Positions 1 to 12,334 of a DNA stretch of 64,000 nucleotides are shown here, one piece after another (the stretch's first letter is position 1; each line of letters opens with the position of its first letter). A program made the position numbers and the translations under genes. Origin of the DNA: Octopus sinensis. Lineage: Eukaryota. The stretch covers positions 103,230,001-103,294,000 of the forward strand of contig NC_042997.1 in the NCBI RefSeq assembly GCF_006345805.1, given 5' to 3'. The notes beneath the pieces are model-generated. The model was not told where the DNA came from, ran no database searches, and saw only the letters and a list, made by a program, of their open reading frames with translations.

Positions 1-133
1 TATCCACTCACAAGGCATTGGTCGGCCCGGGGCTATAGCAGAAGACACTTGCCCAAGATGCCACGCAGTGGGACTGAACCCGGAACTATGTGGTTGGTAA
101 GTAAGCTACTTACCACACAGCCACACCTGCGCC

Positions 134-134
<1 letters not shown>
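1..134 (-). mobile_element. tRNA-derived SINE, family A, 5' part (runs off the window start)
   Basis: Minus strand reads AGGCGCAGGTGTGGCTGTGTGGTAAG...GGTTCAGTCCC (A/B-box-like); homologous to copies at 41254 and 63436. Confidence 0.85.

Positions 135-186
<52 letters not shown>
135..186. repeat. (AAT)n microsatellite
   Basis: Direct reading. Confidence 0.98.
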
Positions 187-187
<1 letters not shown>

Positions 188-570
188 GACATGATTGAAA
201 CAGTGGACCACCTAATCTCTGGATGTAAAGTCTTAGCACCAGTGGAGTATAAATTAAGACATGACAGAGTTGGCCAATATCTACACTGGCTAATAAGTCG
301 GCATTACAACATCAAAACTGCCGACAAGTGGTATAATCACCACCCTGAAGCTGTAACTGAAGGAGAAAATGTAACGATTCTGTGGGACTTTCCAGTACAT
401 ACAGACCGAACCATCAAAGCCAATAAACCGGATATTGTTGTGAAAGACCAAAACAATAAAGTTTGCTTATTGATCGACATGAGCATCCCCTGTGATCATA
501 ATATCTCGGCGAAAGAATTTGACAAGCTCAGAAAATATAAAGACCTGCTCATTGAAATTGAGAAAATTTT
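187..570 (+). pseudogene. R4/Dong-clade LINE fragment: CCHC knuckle end plus restriction-like endonuclease (RLE), truncated at both ends
   Basis: ORF 191-574 has ETVDHLISGC, RHDRV, TILWDF, NKPDIVV and LLIDMSIP...K...KY (PD-(D/E)xK RLE motifs). Confidence 0.88.
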
Positions 571-633
571 CTAAAGATGATCGTATGTATGTCCGGCCAG
601 AGAAAATTGTAGTGTTCTTGCAACAAAAGAGGG

Positions 634-636
<3 letters not shown>

Positions 637-688
<52 letters not shown>

Positions 689-728
689 TATTATTATTAT
701 TATTATTATTATTATCATTATTATTATT

Positions 729-763
<35 letters not shown>

Positions 764-765
764 TA
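637..765. repeat. (ATT)n microsatellite
   Basis: Direct reading. Confidence 0.98.
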
Positions 766-767
766 GC

Positions 768-930
768 AATATTTCGTCTCTTTGTACGTTCTGAGTTAAA
801 ATTCCGTCGAGGACGACTTTGCCTTTTATCCTTTCGGGGTCAATAAATTAATTACCAGTTGCGTACTGGGGTCGATGTCACCGACTTCTCTCCTCCAAAA
901 TTTCGGGCCTTGTACCTAGAGTAGAAAAGA
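768..930 (+). mobile_element. SINE family B, headless copy with (ATT)n tail
   Basis: Diverged version of the core GTCGACTTTGCCTTTCATCCTTTCGGGGTCGATAAATTAAGTACCAG, shared with about 10 copies in the window. The core resembles the Meta/MESC SINE domain (from recall). Confidence 0.85.
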
Positions 931-960
931 TTATTATTATTATTATTAGTAGTAGTAGTG

Positions 961-997
<37 letters not shown>

Positions 998-998
998 C

Positions 999-1050
<52 letters not shown>

Positions 1051-1128
1051 ATGGTAGTAGTAGTAATGGTAGTAGTAGTAGTAGTAGTAGTAGTAATGGT
1101 AGTAGTAGTAATGGTAGTAGTAGTAGTA
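931..1128. repeat. (ATT)n grading into (AGT)n microsatellite
   Basis: Direct reading. Confidence 0.97.
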
Positions 1129-1142
1129 GGCGAAGAGGGGAA

Positions 1143-1353
1143 GGAAGGCCATTAGCTAGCAAAACCGTTAACACTCTGGATAAAATGCTTAGCGGCATTT
1201 CATCTGTCTGTACGTTTGGAGTTCAAATTCCGCCCAGATCGACTTTGCCTTTCATTCTTTCGGGGCCGATAAATTAAGTACCAGTGAAACACTGGGGTCG
1301 ATGTAATCGACTAGTCCCTCCCCCAAAATTGCTGCCCTTGTGGCAAAATTTGA
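1143..1353 (+). mobile_element. SINE family B, diverged full-length copy
   Basis: Head, core and tail align with the copies at 4670 and 24479. Confidence 0.85.
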
Positions 1354-1356
1354 TAC

Positions 1357-3640
1357 TATTATTATTATTGTTATTATTATTATATGTTTGACTTTTGCTT
1401 TATATTTGTACAAGTTGGCTCCAAGTCTCACCCAGAGACCTCAGGAGACAACAGGTTGGAAGTTCACGTTGTTGTTATGCCTAGTGTGCCATATATTTGG
1501 TTGTTTTTTGTGTTGTACTGGTGGATGTCTAAAAAAAAATGTTTATTTTTAACCTTGAGATTACATAGAAAGTATTTTGCGTAGGATATGAGCAGTTCCC
1601 ATGAGCACTATCTTTTGAATTTCTGCCATTTTTGGGTTTCCTGGTATCTGAGTTAGGTAGCTATCAGCCTCTTTTGCTATCATTCCCAGGCCACCTATGA
1701 CAACAGGTATTGTTTTAGTCTTCAGGTTCCACATTTTGCTGATTTCTATTTCAAGATCTTTATATTTGCTCAGTTTTTGGTAGGTCTTGACAGATACGTT
1801 TATATCGATTGGGACAGTCATATCAATGAGGAGGCATGTTCTTTGTTTGAAGTCTTTCAATATGATGTCTGGCCTATTTGCATCTATCTTTCTGTCAGTT
1901 TGATGTTAGTGTTTTATACATAGTTGTTAAGCAGGTTATGGGTCTAGTTTTTTGGTTCATTTGTTTCTTCACTTTTTGGAAGCAGGAATGTTAACCCATT
2001 AACTAGCCAAGGAGGCATCCTTCTAGGGTGTTGCAAAACATCATTGTAAAGTTCTGTTAGCAGTTCATGGCTCTCTGGGAAGACATTCAACCAGATGTTA
2101 GGGATTTTATCCTTTCCTGGATACTTCCATTTGCTTGACCTCCTGAGAGCAGATCTTATATCTTCTACCTTGACACCCTCCCACTTTTGCTCTTCTAAGG
2201 AGTCCAGTTCTTTAGATACTCTATCAATCCAGGGGGCCTTTTCGCTGTGTGTTTTTTCTTCTGCCCAAATTTTATTCCAAAATCCCTGCACTTTTTTTGA
2301 TGGTACAGACTTTACAGTAACTGGTGTTTTTCCTATCTTCCTGTAATAATTTTTGGGGTTATTTTTTAACATGTTGTTGTCCTTGAAGAATCTAACACGC
2401 TTTTTTATACCTCGCTATGCGGGCAGCTTTAGCAGATACCTTTTGCTTGATGGTTTCTATGGTGACATCAATATCAAGTATAGTTTTCTATTATATTTTT
2501 TCATTAGTTTTGGGGTTTTTGTAGGTTTGGTAGTCTTATGAACCTTAAGGTTTTTCAAATATTCAATGTCAGATCTAAATAGTTTAATTTGTTGTTGCAA
2601 ACGCTCTTGCCAAGAAGGCTTTTTGTGGAAATGTTGCCGTTTTCTAATCTTTTCACCACATAGGATTGTTGAGATTTTCGCGGATGCATAGTATAGGTGG
2701 TTGAGATCTGTGATATCAACATCATTTGCTGAAATTATATCCTTAAGTGCAAGCCGGGTTTTACCAATTATTTTCATGTTTTGGTTAGAGTTGCAGATTT
2801 TAGGGAGTGTATCACGTTCATCCATACTGGTTTCTTTAATTTTCAGCCATTCAATCATGATTTGACTTTTTAGCTCATGTAGTTTGTTGGGTCAATATTT
2901 GTGTGACTTTCTTCATCTATTTGATGTTCATCTGTCTTAGTGTTTATGATTGGTTCAGGGAGTATTTCACTTTGCCTATCAATTATACTAACTCTTTCAA
3001 TCCTTACTTCGTTTTTATCAGCCCTGGGCTGGTCTATAATTATTTCCTCTGTATTATCTTCTTTAGCTGCAGCTTTGTTCATTTTATTCGTTACTGCTTG
3101 TCAAATTTGATCAATCCCTACTTCAGTCAGTAATTTTTTTTCATAATGTTTCTTCTGACGTTGGCAAGTTTGTTACTGTCTATGTAGGGTCTTGCTTCAG
3201 GGTGTTTCTGTCTCCAGTTTATGTAGGTTTGTATAGTGTTCGATTTATCTGTGGGGAAATATATGGCATGGTAGAAGGCCGCAAGAACTTCTTTATTATC
3301 TTCCTTAGTCCATTTTTCCTTCTTTTTCTTTTGAGTGTTTGGTGACGAGCATGGAAAGCCATCTGTTGGAATATTCCAGTAGTGGGATACGTCCAGCTCC
3401 TGTGTGTCGGGAAGATTTAATCCAGTAGCTGATTTTTCAATCAGACTTTGGTTCAATTTTCGGGCACGTGGTCTTTTGTAGTCCGCTCGCCGACCATCGC
3501 GGATTGTAGGTTGTTTTGTTGACATCGAAGCATGACGAGCTTCGACTCTTACATTAAGAGACGGATCTGTCAGTTTAGGATTCTCTGCACATAAACATTG
3601 TTCGTAGCGCAGCTTCTTAAGGCTAGCAGATCTGCATTCG
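1357..3640 (-). mobile_element. R4/Dong-clade LINE with 5' region, 3' UTR and (TAA)n tail; RT core deleted
   Basis: N-terminal KWTKEDNKEV...KLANVRRNI (3127-3525); pre-RT FWNKIW...WKYPGKDKIPNIWL...TFLLPK..RPITCL (1900-2372); RLE DANRPDII...LIDMTVP...KLSKYKDL...IPVVIGGLG (1561-1900). The 5' boundary is approximate. Confidence 0.88.
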
Positions 3641-3780
3641 TCTGTATTTTTTTAGTGATAGATTTATCTCCGGGCATAGTTTTCCCTTTTTTTTTTTAAA
3701 CTTATGAAAGGTTCACTCTGCCTGTATTAGTTCGAAAAAATGAGAATAAAATACGAGAAAAAAAATAAAAAATAAAAATT

Positions 3781-3826
3781 ATCATCATCACTATCATCAC
3801 CGTCATCATCATCATCAATGACATTG

Positions 3827-3877
<51 letters not shown>

Positions 3878-4085
3878 CATTATTACTATTGTTTTATTAT
3901 TATTATTATTATCATTATTACGATTATTGTTGTTGTTGTTTTTGTTGCTGCTGCTGTTGTTGGTAGTAGTAGTTGTAGTAGCAGCAGCAGCAGCAGCAGT
4001 AGTAGTAGGAGGAGGAGGAGGAAGAGGGGAGGGGGAATAGGAGGAGGAGGGGAGGGGGAATAGGAGGAGGAGGAGGAATAGGAGG
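3781..4085. repeat. Compound trinucleotide tract (ATC, ATT, GTT, GCT, GTA, GCA, GGA)
   Basis: Direct reading. Confidence 0.95.
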
Positions 4086-4089
4086 GTGA

Positions 4090-4260
4090 CCATTAAGTGG
4101 CAGATTCGTTAGCACGCAGGACAAAATACTTGGCAGCATTTTGTCCGTCTATGTCTTGAGTTCAACTGCTACTGAGGTCGACTTTGTCTCTCATCCTTTT
4201 GGGGGTCGATGAAATAAGTTCCAGTTGAGGACTGGGGTCGATCTAATTGACCAGCCTCTT
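4090..4260 (+). mobile_element. SINE family B, old copy
   Basis: GAGGTCGACTTTGTCTCTCATCCTTTTGGGGGTCGATGAAATAAG core. Confidence 0.75.
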
Positions 4261-4669
4261 CACATCATTTCACATTTTGACTTATTTTATTATAATTAAA
4301 GCGTTTGGTCATATTTTGTGCAAGTCACGTATATATTTTACCCAAAGATGCACTTTTATCTACTGAAGATGATTTCTTTTTGTTGTTTTCTTCTATTATA
4401 TTTGGAAACGTTTTACAAATCCGTGTGTTGTCTCCGCTTTAGTTTGCACCTGTTAAATTAACATTTCTTTTATGGAGTTAAGATCCTTATCGACTTGAAT
4501 TTTCAGGTTTCTATACAAAATTTCTTCTTTTTTGTTCCTGTTTTTCGTCTTGCTTTTGATCGCTTTTGAATTTTGTTTATAAACAGGTTGCATCAGACTT
4601 TCCTTCGACTTGGGACACCTGTTGCTCTGGCTACAAAATACATTTAAGTGTGTAATATTTGGTTTAAAG

Positions 4670-4877
4670 AAGGCAGCGAGCTGGCAGAAGCGTTAGCATG
4701 CCAGGCGAAATGCTTAGTGGCATTTCGTCTGTCTTTACGTTCTAAGTTCAAATTCCGCCGAGGTCGACTTCACCATTCAGGGTCGATAAATTAAGTAGCA
4801 GTTGCGTACTGGGTCGAGCTAATCGACTGGCTCACTCCCTAAAAATGTCGGACCTTTTTGCCTAGAGTAGAAAAAAT
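4670..4877 (+). mobile_element. SINE family B
   Basis: AAGGCAGCGAGCTGGCAGAAGCGTTAGC head, core, and GCCTAGAGTAGAAA tail. Confidence 0.88.
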
Positions 4878-5151
4878 TATTTAATTTAAGGTTATTACAT
4901 CCACTCCATTTATTTGCTTTGGAATTATTTCTAGAGCTCGTTAACTTATATATTTACTATATAAAATACTTACAGCTTTTTATATAGTAAGATATTTTCC
5001 TAATTTTTGTCTGTTTCCAATTTGAATAAAACTAATTTCTGTAAATTCTAATTTTATTTCGTCTGTCATATTTCTCGTTTTGCTCAATTCATAAACTTTT
5101 GAGAAGGCGTTAATGAATTATTACGATTATTAGTTGATAGTAATAATAGTA

Positions 5152-5372
5152 AAGGCCGCGAGTTGGAGTAATCGTTAGCATGCCGGGCAAAATGCATAGT
5201 CGCATTTCGTTTGTCTTTACGTTCTGAGTTGAAATTCCACCGTGGTCGTCTTTGCCTTTCATCCTTTCGGTGTCGATAAAATAAGTAACGGTTGATCAAC
5301 TGTGTCGCTGTAATCGACTTATCGCCTTCAACAAAATTTCTGGCCTTGTGCCTACAGCAAAAAGAATTATTT
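5152..5372 (+). mobile_element. SINE family B
   Basis: Same head, core and tail as the other copies. Confidence 0.85.
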
Positions 5373-5739
5373 GATAGTATTAAGTTTCAATTTATATGTT
5401 TCTTGTTACAGTTATTTCATCTAGCGTGTTGCCTTTATAGTTAGTCCTCTACTTGTCCATATTTTATTATTTTGTCTTTTAGTGTTGCTTATACCGTTGT
5501 GCCTCAAAATTTCATTTGTTAATGTTTTCCTAACTGGCTAAAGTTAACTAACAGTTTGTTTTTAAAATGTCTCCTTGGACGTTTGAAAATTTAACACATC
5601 GTTTTTGAGCGAATCTTGGGATAATTTTTTACTCTAATTTTATACATTAATTCTATGATATGTCGAGGTTTCATTCCAAAATTGTTGATATTTTTTTCAG
5701 GAGTGACATTTCTGAATTTCAAAGAAGTACAAAACTAAT

Positions 5740-6830
5740 CTCCTTCAATGTAAGTCCCTTTAACTTTAATGTGCATATTGTAGCCAACTTCATGAAGATC
5801 CAATGGAATTCCTCCAAAATGAAGGCGTCCAACACCTTTGCCACAGCCTCCATTTTCTTAATATCTTCGAAACGATTGCGCCTGAGGTTCACCTTCAGCT
5901 TGCAGAGTAACCAAAAGTTAGAGGAAGATGCCCATCTCTGTCAAGCAGTCGTTTACCAGGATATAAATATAGACTACTGCATTGCTCTGGTGCAGGTTCC
6001 CTGGCCTTTTGTCGTGAAATCTCTTTCTGAACTGCCCCTTAACCTCTACAAAGCATTGTTTGTTGACCACCGTCTAACCAGAGAGAATCCAGTGTATTAG
6101 ACGATGAACTTGCTATCGAACTCCCAAGTAAACTTGCTTTGCTTGGCCTTCTTAGGTCTGGATGAGTCAGGATACTCTGTCACTTGTCCGGATCATAACA
6201 ATAGATCCAGCTTTCGTCACAGGTCATCAGAGACTCATGTTTGGAGGTAATGATCCCAACCATCTCCCTGCTGCCACCAATGTCTTCTTCGTCACTGAGC
6301 ACCCTGGGAAAAAAACTTTGCACAAATTTTGCTTTTGTTCAGATCTTCCTGAATAATTCTGTGAACAGTTGCCACATCAACTCCAAACTGTATGCGAATA
6401 TTTTCAACCAGCTCTAATGTCCTAACATCCCGATCTCTCCCACAATCTCTCATCGTCTCTCACCTCCGCTCTGCTGTCCTTGAACCTCTTATGAAGCGAA
6501 AAACATGTTCGGCTCATACAAATTAATCCATAACCAGTCTCGGGTATTTCATAATTTTCTATAGCACTTTTACCCAGATTCAGTACAAAACTCTATTGCA
6601 TAACGAACTTCCAGTTAGTCTTCACGTCCCGGCTGCATACTGCAAACTCGTCAGTTGTGGCAAGCAGTGTTTAGTAGAATGTGTTCCAGCTGCTATTACA
6701 GCCGTCTCCTTCAATCTCGAATAAAATCTTTGCGAGTCAGCTTATTAGATGTATAGTAATGATATACTAAAATTACAATTCCTGGACAATTGTAACCGCC
6801 TCTCCTAAAATGTCTTAAAACATCTGGCAT
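5740..6830 (-). mobile_element. Heavily decayed mariner transposon
   Basis: Minus-strand remnants LMTCDESWIYCYDP, VNKQCF, LHQ.NA, RFEDI and YIEGD*; non-coding leader and ORF align with the copy at 49608-50380. Confidence 0.75.
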
Positions 6831-7102
6831 GATTCAGCTTGACGTGAAACAAAGCTTTAATAACTACTTAGTATTCGGCTATTTTCTGTTTCTAGATAAC
6901 TCATTTCTTCATATTGCTATTACTTTAGCAGAGCTACACCTGGTGAGATTCTGCCTCATTACATGGTTCCGTTGAGTTAAGAGTCATTGCTGAAATGTTT
7001 TCATGATTATTCTTTCGATTCTGAAGATTTGGGCAATCGTATTACCGTAATATTTGCTAATACGACATGTATATTTAGATAGGTTTCATATATTTTATTC
7101 TG

Positions 7103-7487
7103 TGGAGGCGCAATGGCCCAGTGGTTAGGGCAGCGGACTCGCGGTCATAGGATCGCGGTTTCGATTCCCAGACCGGGCGTTGTGAGTGTTTATTGAGCAA
7201 AAACACCTAAAGCTCCACGAGGCTCCGGCAGGGGATGGTGGTGATCCCTGCTGTACTCTTTCACCACAACTTTCTCTCACTCTTACTTCCTGTTTCTGTT
7301 GTACCTGTATTTCAAAGGGCCGGCCTTGTCACTCTCTGTGTCACGCTGAATATCCCCGAGAACTACGTTAAGGGTACACGTGTCTGTGGAGTGCTCAGCC
7401 ACTTACACGTTAATTTCACGAGCAGGCTGTTCCGTTGATTCGGATCAACCGGAACCCTCGTCGTCGTAACCGACGGAGTGCTTCCAT
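7103..7487 (+). mobile_element. tRNA-derived SINE, family C (head 1, body 1, tail 1)
   Basis: GGAGGCGCAATGGCCCAGTGGTTAGG A-box and GGTTTCGATTCC B-box; head shared with 11216-11484, tail shared with 59510-59823. Confidence 0.88.
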
Positions 7488-8233
7488 ATTTTATTCTTGA
7501 GTATATGTTTCTCAATGATGATCAACTTGAACGAGTGTAGAATAAATAAACAGTATGCAATGAAATTAGCATTAAAATTAACGCCAGAATTATTATCTTT
7601 AGTTATGAAGAGACACTGAAAATCTCTACCCCTTTATCTGTCCTAAGTATCACATGTGATACCTTGGACATGTTTCCTTGGTGTTCATGCGTAATATGGC
7701 ACGCGTTCCTAATCTTTTCAACCGCCGGTGTAACTTGGGATTTATGAAAGTAAAGCTTTATATTACTTTCTATAAAACAGAGGCTTAACTAAAAATCTTA
7801 AAACAAGCATGGGCGTTTAGGTAAAACTTATGAAAATTTTTTGGACAGGAAAAGGATTAAAGAGCTACTACTAAATATAATTTTGAGATTTGCAATTTTT
7901 TCTCTGAAGCACTAGGTGTATTTATATACAATAGGGAAGCGACAAGCAGCGTTTTTGGAAATGATTCTTATTGATATAGCATTATTCGGGGAAACTATTT
8001 TCATTTCAATTCGCACTGAAAGTTTCCTCTTCACCTCGTGAGTAGATGCTTTGCATATATATTTACCCCCTTTCAAGATGATAAATGATTTCGTTATTAT
8101 TATTTCTGGAGTTTTGAATGTGGCCTACGTTCATTCAGACTCCTACATCAGTGAAAACTCCTTATATCATTGGAAGCTACTACTAGCACGTTGCCAATAA
8201 CTTCTTACTTTCCACCACACTGCTACGTGAAAC

Positions 8234-8452
8234 TACGAGGGGACACTGAAAAGTTCCTGGCTTTGGGTAAGAGAAAATAGAGGAGGATCACTTAAATATG
8301 ATTTTATTCAACGTATTCCTCTCTCAGATTCACACACTTATTGCAGCGGTCCTTGAGTTTTTCTGATTCCTGTGAAAGAATTCGGAAGTTTGGACCACTA
8401 GTCAGGCTTTTCGCGATACTCTTAAAGCCAGAAACTTTTCAATCCCACCCCC
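8234..8452. mobile_element. Mariner-derived MITE
   Basis: Left end TACGAGGGGACACTGAAAAGTTCCTGGCTTT..TAAGAG matches the reverse complement of right end CTCTTAAAGCCAGAAACTTTTCAATCCCACCCC; no coding capacity. Confidence 0.7.
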
Positions 8453-9029
8453 ACCGGATATTTCTGAGATATTGTGCAGTATTGTCCTTATTGGTTGCAG
8501 AAATGTGTTTGAATGTTTCGTCAGTTTTGCTTTGTTATCGGGATTTAGTTGATTTATTATTGTTTTTGTGGTGTTACGGTCGTTTGTTGTGTTATGTACA
8601 GTGTGAGTTGCGTTGTTTTCTTGGATAATGCTTGAGTTTCGAATGTGTCGCATGAGCTACTTTATGTGCTTTAGTGGCGGGTGGGGATTATTTTATATTA
8701 ATGGATGACAACTGTAAAGGGCTGTTAATGTTACAGAAATGGATTATGTATGAATATGTGTTGTGTTATGTTAGTAAGCAGTGGTTGTGTCAGTGGTCTG
8801 ATTATATTAATTGAAAGGGATTGTGCTCTATTATTATATGTTGATGGTGTATGGTATGTGTCCCGTGAGGTGTTATATTTTTATTGGCAGATAAATGTAT
8901 AGAGTGTGTCTGCTGGATATTGTGCAGAGAGAACTGTATGAGTTTTCTTTGTAAAAATCACTGTAGAATCTTTTGGTATTAGATTACAATACTCCTCTAT
9001 TTTGTCTCTCTCTCTCTCTCTCTCTCACT

Positions 9030-9067
<38 letters not shown>

Positions 9068-9696
9068 CCTTATCACTCATAGTGAGCGTGATAAATGATT
9101 CTTAAGCCGTCTGATTCCAGAATGTCATCGTTTTTTATTAATATTATATTTATTCTTTTCTAGTTATTTAGCATTATTTATGCTGAATACCTTCTTTTCC
9201 ATTCCGCAAAGTAAAGAGAGATCTTGCGTATTTTTGTTTCCTTTTTTAAAAGTTATTTTTACCAGAATCAAAACTGCCAAACAAAAGTTGAAGAAAATAT
9301 TGCAAAAAAGTTGAAGAAAAAAAGCGTTCTCTCCTTACTAAGAGAAAGAGAAAAGAAGGTATCTGGTACAGAAAGAAAAAAAGAAACACACGCGCACGCA
9401 AACACACACACATACACACACACACACAGACATACACCACACACACACACACACACACACACAAATAGTGAAATAAAATTCGATGTCCTTCGACACAACT
9501 ATTGCCTTTGAATAGATCAGCACATTTACTCTGTCGATATTCATGGAGTTTGTTGCCGTAAACAGTAACATTTTCCAAATAGCCCCTATTGCATTTGTTT
9601 ATTCTCAAATGGTAGCTGCTTGTTCATATGTGAGTTAGCCAGATCAATGTTGATCGATTTTTATTACATTCCTTTCTGTTGTTATTGTTGGTGCTA

Positions 9697-9775
<79 letters not shown>

Positions 9776-9798
9776 TATTATTATTGTTATTAATATTT

Positions 9799-9954
9799 CG
9801 TCCGCCTTCACGATCTGAGTTCAAATTCCCCGACGTCGACTTTGCTTTTCAGCCTTTCGGACTCGCTAAATTAAGTACCAGTGAAACTCTGGGGTCGATG
9901 TAATCGACTAGATCCTTCCCCCAAATTTCAGGCCTCCTGCCTATAGTAGAAAGG

Positions 9955-9955
<1 letters not shown>
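9799..9955 (+). mobile_element. SINE family B, headless, with (ATT)n tail to 10019
   Basis: Core and tail match the other copies. Confidence 0.85.
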
Positions 9956-10020
<65 letters not shown>

Positions 10021-10573
10021 TTGAGTGAGAGAGCAGTGCATGCCATGAAAGCGATACTGGGGTAAAATATACGGAGCCCAGTATACCCATCATGACTACC
10101 CGTCTGATAAGGGTACACTAGGCACATCATCACAATCATACGTGCGCGACATGGTGATCTCATATCAAGATAAACAGTACATGACTTTGCAGGTGGGGCC
10201 CAGTTAGAATTTTCTTCTGGTCGAGTAACCCATCCCGCTTAAAAGGTCCCTGAACAAGTGTTGTTTAAGGATGTTGAATGAAACACGCATGTTTCCAGAG
10301 GGGAATTATTCAAACCCCAAAAGAATCCCTCTCAACACATGGCTATGATGCTCCCCAACTACTTCTGCTCGTGATCAGAGATGCACATATCGTCAGCCAC
10401 TAAGGGACATGCTCAACTGGCTAAGGTCAAGCAACTGACAAACAAATCTGTGGTATTGAGTAGAATTCCTGTAGCCCATCTTTTATACCAAGATAAAACA
10501 ATGTTCATGATAACACTTCCAATCAGTTAAGATCAGAAGCCACGAGAGCCACTACTTGGTACTGCACCAAGGC

Positions 10574-10576
<3 letters not shown>
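10021..10576 (-). mobile_element. About 555-bp non-coding element embedded in (TAA)n; probable non-autonomous retroelement or LINE 3' end
   Basis: Complex sequence bounded on both sides by (ATT)n; terminal hairpins on the minus strand (CTTGGT/ACCAAG near the 5' end, TACTGGG/CCCAGTA near the 3' end). Confidence 0.6.
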
Positions 10577-10634
<58 letters not shown>

Positions 10635-11215
10635 CTACTACTACTACTACTACTATCATCATTACTATTTCTGTTTGGCTCTCTTTAATATTAATTCACA
10701 TTGCTCTGCAGTTATGTGCGCTTTCTTTTTTCTGTTTGCTAGATATAGTTCTTGGAGTGAACATTCGTTGTGGTCGTATAATTTGTTTGAGTATTTCTAA
10801 ATCAAATTCTGCTTTCTTCATCACATTTCTTTTTATTTGCATTCTTTTTCCTTGTGTCTGTCTTTGATTTATTATAATGTTCTCTTTACTCCTGGTTATG
10901 GTGGGTTCTGCAATAATTTCACAGAGGTTTTAATGTTAATATATTTTATATATACTCGTGATACTTTCATTCTATGATAGGTTATTTTTTCTTTTATAAT
11001 CGGTTATTTTCAGTATGCAATTTTCCTATTTTCAATATACATTGTCTTTTCAAATTTGGGGGTCTTATTGTTTAATATAAACCCTCATACATTCGCAAGA
11101 TTAATTGCCGTGTTTGTTATTTTCCATTACTTTGCTTCTTTTTTTCAATAATTCAAACATTTTACAATAGTCGTGCATTTCAGATATTTTTTTTTTTGTG
11201 CGCCCCTTTCAAGTC

Positions 11216-11484
11216 TAGCCAGGCTCATGGTTTCCCGGTTTTTGTGGCGTATGTTTTCCCCCAGCTGGACGGGATTCCAGTCCATCGCAGCGTTACTCAA
11301 GTAACAGGAAGAAAGAGTGAGAGAAAGTTGGGGCGAAAGAGTACAACAGAGGTCACCACCAACCCCTGCCGGAGCCTCGTGGAGCTGTAGGTGTTTTCGT
11401 TCAAAACGTCCGATCTGGGAATCAAAACCGCGATCCTCCGACCGCGAGTCCGCTGCCCTAACCACTAGGCCATTGCGTCTCCAC
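11216..11484 (-). mobile_element. tRNA-derived SINE, family C head and body with a different tail
   Basis: Matches the 7103 copy up to CTTCCTGTT, then continues GTAACGCTGCGATGGACTGGAATCCCGTCCAG. Confidence 0.82.
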
Positions 11485-12334
11485 GCATTTCAGATATACT
11501 CGTAGTGTTTTAAATACAGAATTTCTTAATACTATTGTTTTAGATATATAAATGTAATGTTTGAAAATCGCGTTCTTTGGTCCAGCGTTCCTTCAAAATA
11601 TTGCTCAATTTTTATTTTGGTTGCTAACATTTCAGAGATGAACCCTTTTGTTTTGACACAAACATAATAACAAAGGTGGCCTTTTGAGAAAACACCTTTA
11701 TTATTATTTTCGTGTCGTGAATTCCATGAACTCACGCTATGAAATTCGTCAAACATACTGGCCCGGCCGATAGCGTTTTTGTTGCTGATTAATTTAACCT
11801 TGGACATAGTTGATTTGTTTTCAAATAGCCAAAATTTTATTTCAAATTCGTTTATTTCATTTTTGTTTTGTTTATATTTAAAAGTTCATTTCCCTCTTTT
11901 ATAACCGATATAAACATTTATGTATAAACAAAACATGCTGGTCTCATTTACGCATGTTAAATGTTATTTCAATAATGTATTGTGAGTGTAACAATCAATA
12001 TAATGCATAATATGTGATGCGTCAGTTCTACATACTGGGATCATAATAACATCATTTTCTTCATATCTTAATAGTTTTGTATTTTGTTTGTATGATGTAA
12101 TTGGATTTATCATTATCCTTCTCCACCTCATCCTGCTGCTACTGCTGTTCCTCCTCCCTCTCTTCTTCTTCCTCCTCTTCCTCCCCTTCTACTCCTTCCT
12201 TCTCCTCCTCCTCCTCCTCCTCCTCCTCTTCAGATTTATTATTTTTTTATTGTGCGCTTTCATTGCGCTACCGACTGTAGCTCATTGTATCTTCCGCAGT
12301 GTTTTGCTATTGTTACTGAATTGATACACCCCCA

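Noticed and set aside
7103-7180. tRNA-like sequences (also at 11400-11484, 59750-59823 and 1-134)
   Set aside because: A/B boxes run into SINE bodies and there is no complete cloverleaf; these are SINE heads.
8460-9000. GT-skewed stretches (also 4270-4660 and 10700-11100) as Penelope remnants
   Set aside because: Only compositional hints and no diagnostic motif that I could read with confidence.
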